NCBI GenBank assembly: GCA_016125495.1
Contig: WGLQ01000012.1
Span: forward strand, 6,925 to 70,924
Length of the DNA stretch: 64,000 nucleotides
Direction of reading: 5' to 3'
Origin: Hyphomicrobiales bacterium
GTDB taxonomy: Bacteria > Pseudomonadota > Alphaproteobacteria > Rhizobiales > RI-29
Shown here: positions 31,833 to 40,680 of the stretch, one piece after another
Layout of the letters: each line of letters starts with the position of its first letter
Numbering within the stretch: the first letter of the stretch is position 1
Notes under the pieces: model-generated
What the model was told of the DNA's origin: nothing
What the model saw: the letters and a program-made list of their open reading frames with translations, nothing else
Database searches by the model: none
Translations under genes and position numbers: made by a program

Positions 31833-32839
31833 CGGCGGCCGCTGACGGCGCTGCGACGCATCGTCCGCAAGGACCCGCGGACGACGACCTGGTGCTCCCG
31901 TTCCGCGCCATTGCCTCCGGCGTCAACGGGCGTCTGGTGCGGCTCGGCCCGCTCGTCGACGCCATCCTCGCCCGCCACGACTATCCCGAGCCCGTCGCCC
32001 GCCTGATGGGCGAGGCGCTGGCACTCGCATCGCTTCTCGGCACCGCCCTCAAGTTCGGCTCGCGGTTCACGCTGCAGACCCAGACCGACGGACCCGTCGG
32101 CTTCCTCGTCGTCGACTTCCAGGCGCCCGGCCAATTGCGCGGCTATGCGAGCTTCGATCGCGCTGCCGTCGAGCGCCTCGCGCAAGCCATTCCGGCCGAG
32201 GATCGCGAGCAACTCGACGGCGCGCTGCTCGGGCGCGGCCGGCTCGCCATGACCATCGATCCGGGACCCGGCCTCAATCAATACCAGGGCCTCGTCGCGG
32301 TCGAGGGCGGCGGTCTCGCGGCGATCGCCGACACTTATTTCCGCCAGTCCGAGCAGTTGCCGACCTTCATCCGCCTCGCGGTCTCGCGCATTCTGTTGCC
32401 GGCCGCCGCTGGATGGCGCTGGCGGGTCGGGGGCCTCATGGTCCAGCACATGCCGACCATCGGTGGCCAGGACGATCGCCCAGAAGAGGCACCGCCTGGC
32501 GAGGCCGGTGATGACGACGTCGAGCCCGGGATGCGCGGTGACCGCGACGAGAACTGGTCGCGCACACGCCTGCTCGCCGAGACCGTCGAGGACCACGAGC
32601 TGACCGATCCGATGCTCAGCCCGCAGGAGCTGCTCTATCGGCTGTTTCACGAGGAGGGCGTCCGGGTGTTCGAGAGCCGGCCGCTCGCGGACCACTGCCC
32701 CTGCACGCGCGACCGCATCGAGGTACTGCTCGCCAGCTTTCCCGCCGAACAGCTCTCCGACATGGTCAACGAGGACGGCCGCATCGAGGTGACGTGCCAG
32801 TTCTGCAGCCGCTCGTATCTGTTCGATCCCGCGCCCTGA
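31829..32839 (+). CDS. hslO: Redox-regulated chaperone Hsp33
   Basis: [19 protein letters not shown], and the C-terminal zinc switch CPCTRDRI...CQFCSRSY. The GTG start overlaps the argF stop (GTGA). The upstream part of ORF 31310.. is argF out of frame. Confidence 0.9.
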   Translation: MTAAADGAATHRPQGPADDDLVLPFRAIASGVNGRLVRLGPLVDAILARHDYPEPVARLMGEALALASLLGTALKFGSRFTLQTQTDGPVGFLVVDFQAPGQLRGYASFDRAAVERLAQAIPAEDREQLDGALLGRGRLAMTIDPGPGLNQYQGLVAVEGGGLAAIADTYFRQSEQLPTFIRLAVSRILLPAAAGWRWRVGGLMVQHMPTIGGQDDRPEEAPPGEAGDDDVEPGMRGDRDENWSRTRLLAETVEDHELTDPMLSPQELLYRLFHEEGVRVFESRPLADHCPCTRDRIEVLLASFPAEQLSDMVNEDGRIEVTCQFCSRSYLFDPAP

Positions 32840-32860
32840 ACCGTCCAGCCGCGCCGCGCC

Positions 32861-35053
32861 TCAATTCGCGCCGGCCGCCCGCGTGGTCGTGGCGCCCGCC
32901 CCTGCCGGCGCCTCGGCCGACTCACCCGGCACCCTGAAGAACAGCGGCTTGGCGATACGAAAGCCCACGTCCTGGCTGTAGGCGGTGCCGAGCGTGTAGC
33001 TGCGCTTTGCGAAGCGGTTGAACTCGGCGGCATCGTTCCAGGAGCCGCCGCGCAGACCATGGTGCGTGGCGTAGGTGCAATCGCGCGTGCGGGCACTGCC
33101 GTCCTCTGGCAGCGTGTGCAGCGAGTCGATCCAGCAGTCCGCGACCCACTCCCAGGCGTTGCCGAGCATGTCGTGCAGGCCGAAGGCATTGGCCGCGAAG
33201 CTGCCCGCAGGGGCCGTTCCGGGCAGTTGCACCGGGCTGCCCTCCTTACGGAAGTGCGCGCGTTTCGCCAGGTCGGCCTCGCTCGCCCAGCCCGCGCCCG
33301 CTTCTCCGGCCCGCGCCGCATACTCCCATTCCGCTTCGCTCGGCAGACGGTAGCCCTCGGCCTCGCTCATCCCGAGGCCGCCATTCAGCCACGCGAGATA
33401 GGCACGCGCATCGGCATGGCTGATGCACACCGCCGGATGGCTCGCGTCCTGCGCGAAGCCCGGCTTGGCGAAGTTGAGGCCGCGCCCCTTCTGCCAGCGG
33501 CCGTTCTTGCTCCAGAAATAGCAGTGGTCACCCGGCTTGTGGCCGCTGTCATCGGCGAAGATGGCGTACTCCTCGCGCGTGATCTCGAAGCGCCCGATGG
33601 CGAACGGCTGGCCGATGGTCACGTCCTTCTGCGGCCCTTCGACATCCTTGTATCCGGTCTCGCCCGGTGCCCCGCCCATGCGGAAACTGCCCGGCGCGAC
33701 CACCACCATCTGCGGGCAGGCGTCGCAATCGCGGAAGATGTCGCCCGGCTTGAGGCAGTCGCTGCGCGTGATACTGGCCGTGCTGGCGTACGTGATGCAG
33801 GCGCCCTTGCCGGGCGTTTCGGGGGTTTGGCCAGGGCTGCTCGAGCCATCCGTGCCTTGCGCGACGCCGGTGTCACTGGTGCCGTCCGTTGCTCCGGTCT
33901 GGCCGGAGCCGTCCGAACCTTGTGGCGCCTGCTGACCATCGGAGCCGGCCCCTTCGCCTTCGCTCTTGGCGGTTTCGGTGGTCTCGGGTGCCGGCGGAAC
34001 GAGGCAGGCCGGATCGAGCGGGCGCTCGAGCGCGATACGCGCATAGGACGCCTCCACCTCGACGGCACCCTTCGTGAGGACGAGCCCGGCGAAATAGATG
34101 CCTTCTGCCGCGTCCGGCGAGACATGCAGAACCACTTGCGTCGCCTCGGCGCCTTGCCCTTCGGCCGTTGCCGTGGACTGCGCGCCCATCACGTAGTTCC
34201 CGGCCGCGAGCCCGGGCAAACGCTGTGTGCCGAGCGCGGCGATCGCCTCGCTGCGGCGGAACGCGTAGTAGCGGGCTCGGAGCCGCGTCATCAAATCCTC
34301 GACATCGCGGCAGAGCGGCTGCCCCTCCATGCCCGCCCGAGGTGCGAACGCGGCCGCCAGGGAGGTGAGATCGAGCAAGCCCGGTGTGAGATGGGTGAGG
34401 GCGGCATCGGCAAAGCCGTCGAAGGTCCGAAGATCGAGATCGCGGGCTGGGCGTTCGGTGATGGTCAGCGCCGGAAGAGCGATGTGCATCAGCCGCTCCT
34501 GCGGACACCCGAAGACGCCATTCTCGGCCCGCCCGAGGAGCTGGAACTTGAGCGTGACGACGTCCGGGGTCGGCCGCGACGGCTCGACGATCGCCACCAT
34601 CGGCGAGTCGATCTGCGCGTTGATGGCCGCCACCAGCCGCTCACCCCCGACCGTTGTCCCGGGCGAGAGCTTGGGCAGCAACTTGTTGACTTCGTAGGGG
34701 TTTGCGACATACGGCGAGATCTGGTTGATGGTCGAGACGAAACGCGCGTTGATCGCATCGCGCAGGCCCTCGGAGATCCGCGGATCGCCGAGCGGAATAC
34801 CGATGAAGCGCACGTCGATTTGCGACCGTCCGACGCGCCCCTCGACGCACGGGCGCATCACGCGCTCCATGTCCGTGAAGGCATCCCGCACGGCCCGTTC
34901 GAGATTGCCGCCAACGCCGCCGCCGGACGCCTGGTCGACCTGTGCATTCGCAGCTCCAGCCGCACCGATGGCGATGAGACAAGACGTGAGCGCCGCCGCG
35001 AGCCGAAGGGCGCTTGTGCTCGAGTGGCGTCTGGCCGCTGCAATTCCTGACAT
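32861..35053 (-). CDS. Secreted or lipoprotein-like protein: unrecognised N-terminal domain, Gly/Ser/Thr/Asp-rich linker, and a C-terminal FGE-sulfatase (SUMF1/PvdO-type) fold
   Basis: The C-terminal ~290 aa read MVVVAPGSFRMG, PFAIGRFEITREEY, SHPAVCISHADARAYLAWL, YRLPSEAEWEYAARAG, GLHDMLGNAWEWVAD, LRGGSW and VGFRIAKP. The N-terminus has the signal ...RLAAALTSC (lipobox-like) or a ...ANA-Q cleavage site. Confidence 0.8.
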   Translation of the reverse strand: MSGIAAARRHSSTSALRLAAALTSCLIAIGAAGAANAQVDQASGGGVGGNLERAVRDAFTDMERVMRPCVEGRVGRSQIDVRFIGIPLGDPRISEGLRDAINARFVSTINQISPYVANPYEVNKLLPKLSPGTTVGGERLVAAINAQIDSPMVAIVEPSRPTPDVVTLKFQLLGRAENGVFGCPQERLMHIALPALTITERPARDLDLRTFDGFADAALTHLTPGLLDLTSLAAAFAPRAGMEGQPLCRDVEDLMTRLRARYYAFRRSEAIAALGTQRLPGLAAGNYVMGAQSTATAEGQGAEATQVVLHVSPDAAEGIYFAGLVLTKGAVEVEASYARIALERPLDPACLVPPAPETTETAKSEGEGAGSDGQQAPQGSDGSGQTGATDGTSDTGVAQGTDGSSSPGQTPETPGKGACITYASTASITRSDCLKPGDIFRDCDACPQMVVVAPGSFRMGGAPGETGYKDVEGPQKDVTIGQPFAIGRFEITREEYAIFADDSGHKPGDHCYFWSKNGRWQKGRGLNFAKPGFAQDASHPAVCISHADARAYLAWLNGGLGMSEAEGYRLPSEAEWEYAARAGEAGAGWASEADLAKRAHFRKEGSPVQLPGTAPAGSFAANAFGLHDMLGNAWEWVADCWIDSLHTLPEDGSARTRDCTYATHHGLRGGSWNDAAEFNRFAKRSYTLGTAYSQDVGFRIAKPLFFRVPGESAEAPAGAGATTTRAAGAN

Positions 35054-35172
35054 CTGTGCCTGTCCTCGTGCTCGTTCACATCGCCGCGACCGGCCGCACC
35101 GAGGCTATCGCCCGATATCGCGTGCTGAGGCCGGCATCGATCACCATTGCAACGACCAGAAGCTTACACGCA

Positions 35173-35201
35173 TTCGACTGTCTTGCCGATCCGTGTATAC
35201 T
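35173..35201 (+). promoter_or_regulatory. Sigma70-like promoter candidate (TTCGAC-17 nt-TATACT) for the OmpA-like gene
   Basis: -35-like element at 35173-35178 and -10 TATACT at 35196-35201, about 125 nt upstream of ATG 35327. Pattern match only. Confidence 0.3.
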
Positions 35202-35326
35202 GTGTCGAGCCGGTCACGCCTTCGCATGCCCACATTGTCCTCTGGGCCTTCCACCTGGAGTGCGAAGTTGTAGCCCGCGTTGTCGGGCGACGCCGATGGG
35301 CAGGATGGACGGAAAGGAACTCGGTT

Positions 35327-36763
35327 ATGTTGCAGATCCCCGGACTGAAGGTCTCGGCACTGGCGCTGATGGCAGCGCTCGCCGTTTCGGCGCATGTCGA
35401 TGTGCGCCCTGCCGAGGCCCAGCAGATCATAAGAAGCAACGAGATCGTCAAGCGGTTGCTCGCCAAGCGTCGCCAGGCGAATCAGCAGACCAACGCTCAG
35501 ACCAATAATCAGGGCAACAACGGTGCACAGGCGGCGCCGGCCGCTAAGAAGGCAACGGCTCGGGCTCGTGCCCTGCGCCGCGAGCTTCTGGCACGCCTGC
35601 GCAACGGGCAGACCAACAATGGCCAGAACAACACGGCTGCGCGTCGTCAGGTGCCGGTTGCCGGCACCTTCGACCCCAAGTCCAACGGCAACCGCAATAA
35701 TACCGGCAACGCCAACAACGGCAACCGGCGCTACGCGCTGCCGTTGAACCCCGATGCCAACGGCAACCGCAACAACAACGGCAACGCCAACAACGGCAAT
35801 ACCCGGCGCGTGCGTTCGCTGCCGTTCAATCCGTCCAACAACGGCGGACGTGGTTCGGCGTCCAATGGGGGTCTTGCTTCGAATGGCGGCGTGAAGCGCG
35901 CCGCGCCGCGCAATCCCGGCCAGAACGGCAACCGCTATCCGACCGCCCTGCCGCTCGATCCCACGAATACCGGCAACCGCGGCAACACGAACAACGGCGG
36001 CCGCTTGACGAACGGGACCCGCACGACCCGCTCGCTGCCCTTCAATCCGTCGAACAATGGTGGTCGCGGTGCATCGTCCGGCAGCGTCGCCTCATCCGGC
36101 GGCGGTAGCGGCGTCCAGAAGGCGGCCCCGCGCAACCCGAACCGGACCGGCAACCGCAACGGCTCCGGCACCTCGACGTCGTTCGCTCGCCGCAACGATC
36201 CGCTCGCCGGGCCGCGTCACGTCAGCCGCAACAACTCCGGCGGCGGACTCGCGCTGACCTCGGGTAACGCCGCAGCGCCCGCCTATGTCGAAACGGGTCG
36301 CAGCGCCAGCCCGTTCTCCGGCGGCCGTCGCGTCATCACCGGTGGCCCGAGTGCTCCGACCCGTTATGCGAGCACCGATGTCGGCGGATACGGCGAAGAC
36401 GTGCTCGACGGCGAGGGCTCGATCGACCTCACCGTGCACTTCGATCTCGACTCGGACCGCATCACTCGCGAGGCCCTGCCTGTGCTCAACGAGCTGGCCC
36501 ACGCACTGCTCGATCCCGAGCTCGAGGCGAGCCGCATCCTGATCGCCGGGCACACGGACGCCCGCGGTGACAACGAGTACAACCTCGATCTCTCGAACCG
36601 CCGCGCCCTGGCCATCCGCGACTTCCTGGTGACGCAGCACGGCGTCGAGCCCGAGCGCCTCGAGATCGTCGGCTACGGTGAGGAGGACCCGGCCGTGGAC
36701 GACCCGTACGATGGCCGCAATCGCCGCGTGCAGATCGTCAATCTCGGTGAAACCTCTTTCTGA
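35327..36763 (+). CDS. OmpA-family (peptidoglycan-binding C-terminal domain) protein with a long Asn/Gly/Arg-rich repetitive region
   Basis: Signal peptide MLQIPGLKVSALALMAALAVSAHVDVRPAEA after GGAAAGGAA. About 300 aa of low complexity follow. The C-terminal OmpA_C block reads VHFDLDSDRI, IAGHTDARGDNEYNLDLSNRRA, VGYGEE and NRRVQIV. Confidence 0.85.
   Translation: MLQIPGLKVSALALMAALAVSAHVDVRPAEAQQIIRSNEIVKRLLAKRRQANQQTNAQTNNQGNNGAQAAPAAKKATARARALRRELLARLRNGQTNNGQNNTAARRQVPVAGTFDPKSNGNRNNTGNANNGNRRYALPLNPDANGNRNNNGNANNGNTRRVRSLPFNPSNNGGRGSASNGGLASNGGVKRAAPRNPGQNGNRYPTALPLDPTNTGNRGNTNNGGRLTNGTRTTRSLPFNPSNNGGRGASSGSVASSGGGSGVQKAAPRNPNRTGNRNGSGTSTSFARRNDPLAGPRHVSRNNSGGGLALTSGNAAAPAYVETGRSASPFSGGRRVITGGPSAPTRYASTDVGGYGEDVLDGEGSIDLTVHFDLDSDRITREALPVLNELAHALLDPELEASRILIAGHTDARGDNEYNLDLSNRRALAIRDFLVTQHGVEPERLEIVGYGEEDPAVDDPYDGRNRRVQIVNLGETSF
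35684..36157 (+). repeat. Degenerate in-frame tandem coding repeats (about 204-nt / 68-aa unit x2, with nested ~48-nt AAC/GGC-rich direct repeats)
   Basis: Unit 1 (35732-35935) and unit 2 (35936-36157) each encode ALPL(N/D)P..GNR...RSLPFNPSNNGGRG...AAPRNP..GNR. The near-identical DNA repeats AACGGCAACCGCAA.AA.A.CGGCAACGCCAACAACGGCAA lie at 35684-35731 and 35759-35809. Confidence 0.85.
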
Positions 36764-36805
36764 GGTTGGTGGGCCGAACCACCGGTTGATCGAACGACGA
36801 ACGAG

Positions 36806-36836
36806 AGGGGCGCCGCAGAGGCGCCCCTCCTGTTTG
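36806..36836 (+). terminator. Intrinsic terminator of the OmpA-like gene
   Basis: AGGGGCGCC (36806-36814), a 5-nt loop, then GGCGCCCCT (36820-36828), followed by CCTGTTTGT. Confidence 0.7.
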
Positions 36837-36957
36837 TGAGCCCTCCGGTTGTCCCGCGCTGGGACGCTGGTTTGCGTCGACCGGGACGATTGCGTTGTTG
36901 CGGCCGGCGACGAGGTGGGTCTAGGCTTGGTCAATCGCCATTCCGGCTGCTGCGCAA

Positions 36958-37959
36958 ATGCCCGCTGACGTCTCGTTGAAGAGTGCACCGGTTCTCATTG
37001 CCGCTGACGCCGGGGGCGATCGCCCGGCGCTCGCGGCCGGCCTCGTCATGGCCGCCGCCTTCGGGCTCGCCTTCCAGGACGGCCTCGTCAAATTGATCAG
37101 CGGCGATGTTTCGCTTTGGCAGTTCCAGTCGATCCGCGCCTTCGTGAACTTGGTGTTGCTCTATTTCGTCGGTGGCGTGATCTGGTACGGAATGCCGGTG
37201 ATGCCTCGCCGGCTCTGGGCGGTTGCCCTGCGCAGTTTCCTCCTCGTCACCACCATGGTGCTCTATTTCGGCGCGGTTCCGTTCCTGCCGCTCGCCACCC
37301 TCGCCGCCTGCCTCTACACCTTCCCCCTCTTCGTCGCCATTCTCTCGGCGGTGCTGCTCGGCGAGCGGGTCGGGCCGCGCCGCGTGCTTGCGATCATCGT
37401 CGGGTTCACGGGCACACTGCTCATCATCAAGCCGGGAACGGATAGCTTCACCGTCTTCGCCCTGCTCCCGCTGGCCTCGGCTTTCATCTATGCGGTGACG
37501 ATCATCGTCACGCGCCAGCTCTGCCGCGAGGAATCGCCCGTCGCGCTGGGCTATGGCAGTGCCGCGATGAATTTGATCGTCGGTGTTGCGGGTCTTGCCG
37601 CGTTGACCTGGTTCTCCGCCGGAGAGCTGTCCATTTCATGGCCCTACCTCTTCACCGGATGGCACCATCTCTCACTGCCGGTCCTCGCCCTGGTTTTCGC
37701 TTGCGGACTGACCAACGTCGTCGCCAACATCATGCTCTCCAAGGCCTACCAGAGCGCGGAATCGAGCTGGCTCGCGCCGTTCGACTATACGTACCTGATC
37801 TTCACGGCTTTCTGGGGCTTCGTCTTCTGGTACACCCTTCCCGACCTCGCCTCGATCGTCGGCATCGCCCTCATTGGCGGCTCCGGCACCTTCGTTGCCT
37901 GGCGCGAACGCATCGAGAAGGATCTGCCGCGCGCCAACTTCAACCGCTTGCTGCGCTGA
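36958..37959 (+). CDS. DMT-superfamily (EamA-type) transporter
   Basis: About ten hydrophobic helices with two EamA-like halves (LLGERVGPRRVLAIIVGFTGTLLI). Confidence 0.8.
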   Translation: MPADVSLKSAPVLIAADAGGDRPALAAGLVMAAAFGLAFQDGLVKLISGDVSLWQFQSIRAFVNLVLLYFVGGVIWYGMPVMPRRLWAVALRSFLLVTTMVLYFGAVPFLPLATLAACLYTFPLFVAILSAVLLGERVGPRRVLAIIVGFTGTLLIIKPGTDSFTVFALLPLASAFIYAVTIIVTRQLCREESPVALGYGSAAMNLIVGVAGLAALTWFSAGELSISWPYLFTGWHHLSLPVLALVFACGLTNVVANIMLSKAYQSAESSWLAPFDYTYLIFTAFWGFVFWYTLPDLASIVGIALIGGSGTFVAWRERIEKDLPRANFNRLLR

Positions 37960-37969
37960 TCGACCCCGG

Positions 37970-39136
37970 TCAGAGGCGCAGGCTGGCGGCGAGGCGCTCC
38001 AGTGTCCCCATGCAGCGCTCCAATTCACCGATCGCGATGAACTCGTCGGGCGCGTGTGCCTGGGCGATGTCCCCCGGGCCGCAGACGGCGCTGCTGAGGC
38101 CGGCGAGCTGGAACAGTGCCGCCTCGGTCATGAACGAGACGACGCGCATGTCGTTTTCGCCCGTGAGAGCCCGCGCGAGGGCGACGCCCGGTCCGTCACT
38201 ACCACCATCGAAAGCTGGAATGTCGTTGCTGACCACCGTCGCGATGCCGGCTTCGGGATCGATCCGGCGCATCCGCTCGACGAGCGGCGCGGCGACGTTG
38301 GCCTCGAACCGCGCGAGCACGTCCCCCCTCGCCGAGACGCCGGGCACCGGGCGCGCTTCCCAGGAGAACGTGCAGGTCTTCGGCACGATGTTCATTGCCG
38401 TGCCGCCTTCGATGAGCCCGACATGCAGCGTCGTATAGGCGGGCGTGAAGCGAGGGCTCGGCGCCAGCTCCGCCAGCTCGCGTTCGATCTCCATGATGCC
38501 GGCGATGGCGCGGGCTGCGTACTGGATGGCGTTGACGCCCAGGTGCGACATGCTCGAGTGCGCCTCGCGGCCGGTGACGCGGGTTTGAAAGCGCGTCGCG
38601 CCCTTGTGCGCATCGATCACCCGCATGCTCGAGGGTTCGCCGACCAGGATCGCATCGGGTCTCGGCAAACTCTTGCCGATCAAGTCGATCATCGGTCGCA
38701 CGCCCGTGCAGCCGACTTCCTCGTCATAGGAAAACAGGAGATGGATCGGGCGCGCGAGCGGCTTGCGCTTGAACTCCGGCAGGCTCGCGAGGATGCAGGC
38801 GAGATATCCTTTCATGTCGCAGGCGCCGCGCCCGTAGAGCCGGCCATCGCGCTCCGTGAGCCTGAATGGGTCGGTGCTCCAGTTCTGGCCGTCCACTGGC
38901 ACGACATCGGTATGCCCGGAAAGGCCGATACCGCCCTCGGTCCCGCCGTCGTGGGCGGCGATGGTGGCAAAGAGGCTGGCCTTTTGACCGCTCGGATCCG
39001 GAATCCGCCGGCTTTCGATGCCATGGGCCCCGAGCAGCCCTTCGACATAGGCAAGGAGAGCGAGGTTTGAGTTGCGGCTCGTGGTGTCGAATGCGACCAG
39101 CCGTTCGAGAATGGAAATGGCCTCGATTGTGCTCAT
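37970..39136 (-). CDS. argE: Acetylornithine deacetylase (M20 family)
   Basis: LVAFDTTSRNSN, KASLFATI, LSGHTDVVPVDGQNWSTDPF and GRLYGRGACDMKG. ATG 39136 was preferred over the TTG at 39154. Confidence 0.85.
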   Translation of the reverse strand: MSTIEAISILERLVAFDTTSRNSNLALLAYVEGLLGAHGIESRRIPDPSGQKASLFATIAAHDGGTEGGIGLSGHTDVVPVDGQNWSTDPFRLTERDGRLYGRGACDMKGYLACILASLPEFKRKPLARPIHLLFSYDEEVGCTGVRPMIDLIGKSLPRPDAILVGEPSSMRVIDAHKGATRFQTRVTGREAHSSMSHLGVNAIQYAARAIAGIMEIERELAELAPSPRFTPAYTTLHVGLIEGGTAMNIVPKTCTFSWEARPVPGVSARGDVLARFEANVAAPLVERMRRIDPEAGIATVVSNDIPAFDGGSDGPGVALARALTGENDMRVVSFMTEAALFQLAGLSSAVCGPGDIAQAHAPDEFIAIGELERCMGTLERLAASLRL

Positions 39137-39289
39137 GGTTTGTGTCTTGTCCAAGCCTCGGGTTGGGTGGTCCTCAGCGGACGCCGTCGCGGGCTCGAGG
39201 TCAAGTGTTCCTCGCGCGACGGAAATCCGTAAGCCGCCACGTTGTGTAGTATGTTGGCGTGTCCTACGGGCCGCGGTGGTCGATCACCG

Positions 39290-40672
39290 ATGACGGATGG
39301 AGTGACGATGTTGGATGATCAGGCACGTGTGGTCTCGACCGCTGTCGAAGCGCCGGCGGCCGCACCGCCCGCAAGGCGCCGACCGGTCGTCGCGACACTG
39401 CGCTTCCTGACGAAGGCGCTTCTGCCGGTCGCGATTCTTTTCGGCGCTTGGCAGGGCTTTGCTTTCATGAAGGCCACCAAGAGCGAGCCGGCGCGCCGGC
39501 CCCCGAGCGAGCAGGTCTTCGCCGTCGAGGGGCGCTCCGTTGCCTTCGCCCGCTACCAGCCGCGCCTCGACCTCTATGGTGAAACGGTTGCCGGGCGCAG
39601 CATCGAGATCCGGACCCTCGTCGCTGGCGAGGTGGTCGAGGTCGGGCCCGGCCTTCGCGAGGGGGGCGAGGTGGCGGCCGGCGACACCTTGATGGTGGTC
39701 GATTCCTTCGACTACGAGGGTGCACTTGTCGAGGCAAAGGCGCAGCTTCAGGAGGCGCGCGCCCGGCTCGTCGAATTCAAGGCGTCGCTCACCCAGGAGC
39801 AGGAATCGCTGCGGCGCGATCGCGAGCAGCTGACGCTCGCCGAGCGCGACCTCGCCCGCGCCGTGCCTCTGGCTTCGCGTGGCACGGTGACGCAGAAGAC
39901 CGTCGACGATCGTCGCGGTGTCGTTACACAGCGTGCCCAGGCCGTCGAACAGCGCCAGGCCAGCTTGACGGTCTGGTCTGCCAAGATCGAACAGCAGGAA
40001 GCCGCGCTCGCCCGTCTCGAATGGGGTGTGCGCCGAGCCGAGCGACGCCTCGAGGAAACCCGCCTCAAGGCGCCGTTCGATGCCTACGTGAGCGATGTCG
40101 GTGCCGAGGTCGGTCGCGTCCTCGGTATCAACGACCGGGTGGCGACGTTGCGCGACCGCAATCAGCTCGAGGTGCGGTTGACCCTTTCGGACGGCCAGTA
40201 CGGTCGCATCATCGCCGAAAGCGGCACCGTCGTGGGCCGCGAGGCCACCGTGCGCTGGCGGGTCGGTGACGAGCCCATCGTCTATCCGGGCCGGATCGAG
40301 CGAACCGGCGCCACGATCTCGAGCGCGAGCGGCGGCGTCCCGGTATTCATTCGTCTCGCCGATCCCCTGCAGCCGATCCCGTTGCGCGCCGGCGCCTTCG
40401 TCGAGGTCGACATCGCCGATCGCGGCTACGACCGTGTCGCCCGTGTGCCGACCACCGCGATTTACGGCGACCTCGTCTACATCATCGCCGACGACCGCCT
40501 GCAGCCCCGCCGCATCGAAATCATCGGCCGCGACGGCGCCGATGCGTTGGTGCGCGGCGAGATCGAGTCGGGCGACGTCGTGATGACGACGCGGATTTCG
40601 ACACCGGGGCCGGGCGTCAAGGTCCAGCTGCGTGATACGCGCCGGCTGACGACCGCCGCGCAGCCGAGCTAG
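39290..40672 (+). CDS. Efflux RND transporter periplasmic adaptor (HlyD/MFP family)
   Basis: N-terminal TM anchor, biotinyl-lipoyl-like and coiled-coil segments (LVEAKAQLQEARARL...), and a beta-barrel C-terminus. It lies directly upstream of the RND pump. Confidence 0.85.
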   Translation: MTDGVTMLDDQARVVSTAVEAPAAAPPARRRPVVATLRFLTKALLPVAILFGAWQGFAFMKATKSEPARRPPSEQVFAVEGRSVAFARYQPRLDLYGETVAGRSIEIRTLVAGEVVEVGPGLREGGEVAAGDTLMVVDSFDYEGALVEAKAQLQEARARLVEFKASLTQEQESLRRDREQLTLAERDLARAVPLASRGTVTQKTVDDRRGVVTQRAQAVEQRQASLTVWSAKIEQQEAALARLEWGVRRAERRLEETRLKAPFDAYVSDVGAEVGRVLGINDRVATLRDRNQLEVRLTLSDGQYGRIIAESGTVVGREATVRWRVGDEPIVYPGRIERTGATISSASGGVPVFIRLADPLQPIPLRAGAFVEVDIADRGYDRVARVPTTAIYGDLVYIIADDRLQPRRIEIIGRDGADALVRGEIESGDVVMTTRISTPGPGVKVQLRDTRRLTTAAQPS

Positions 40673-40680
40673 GACCCGCC

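Noticed and set aside
35732-36157. The repeats of the OmpA-like protein as canonical FGE substrates, (C/S)xPxR.
   Set aside because: The motif is SLPFN / ALPLN, with no Arg at +4 and mostly no Ser or Cys. The neighbouring FGE-fold also lacks the catalytic cysteines. It is retained only as a loose binding hypothesis.
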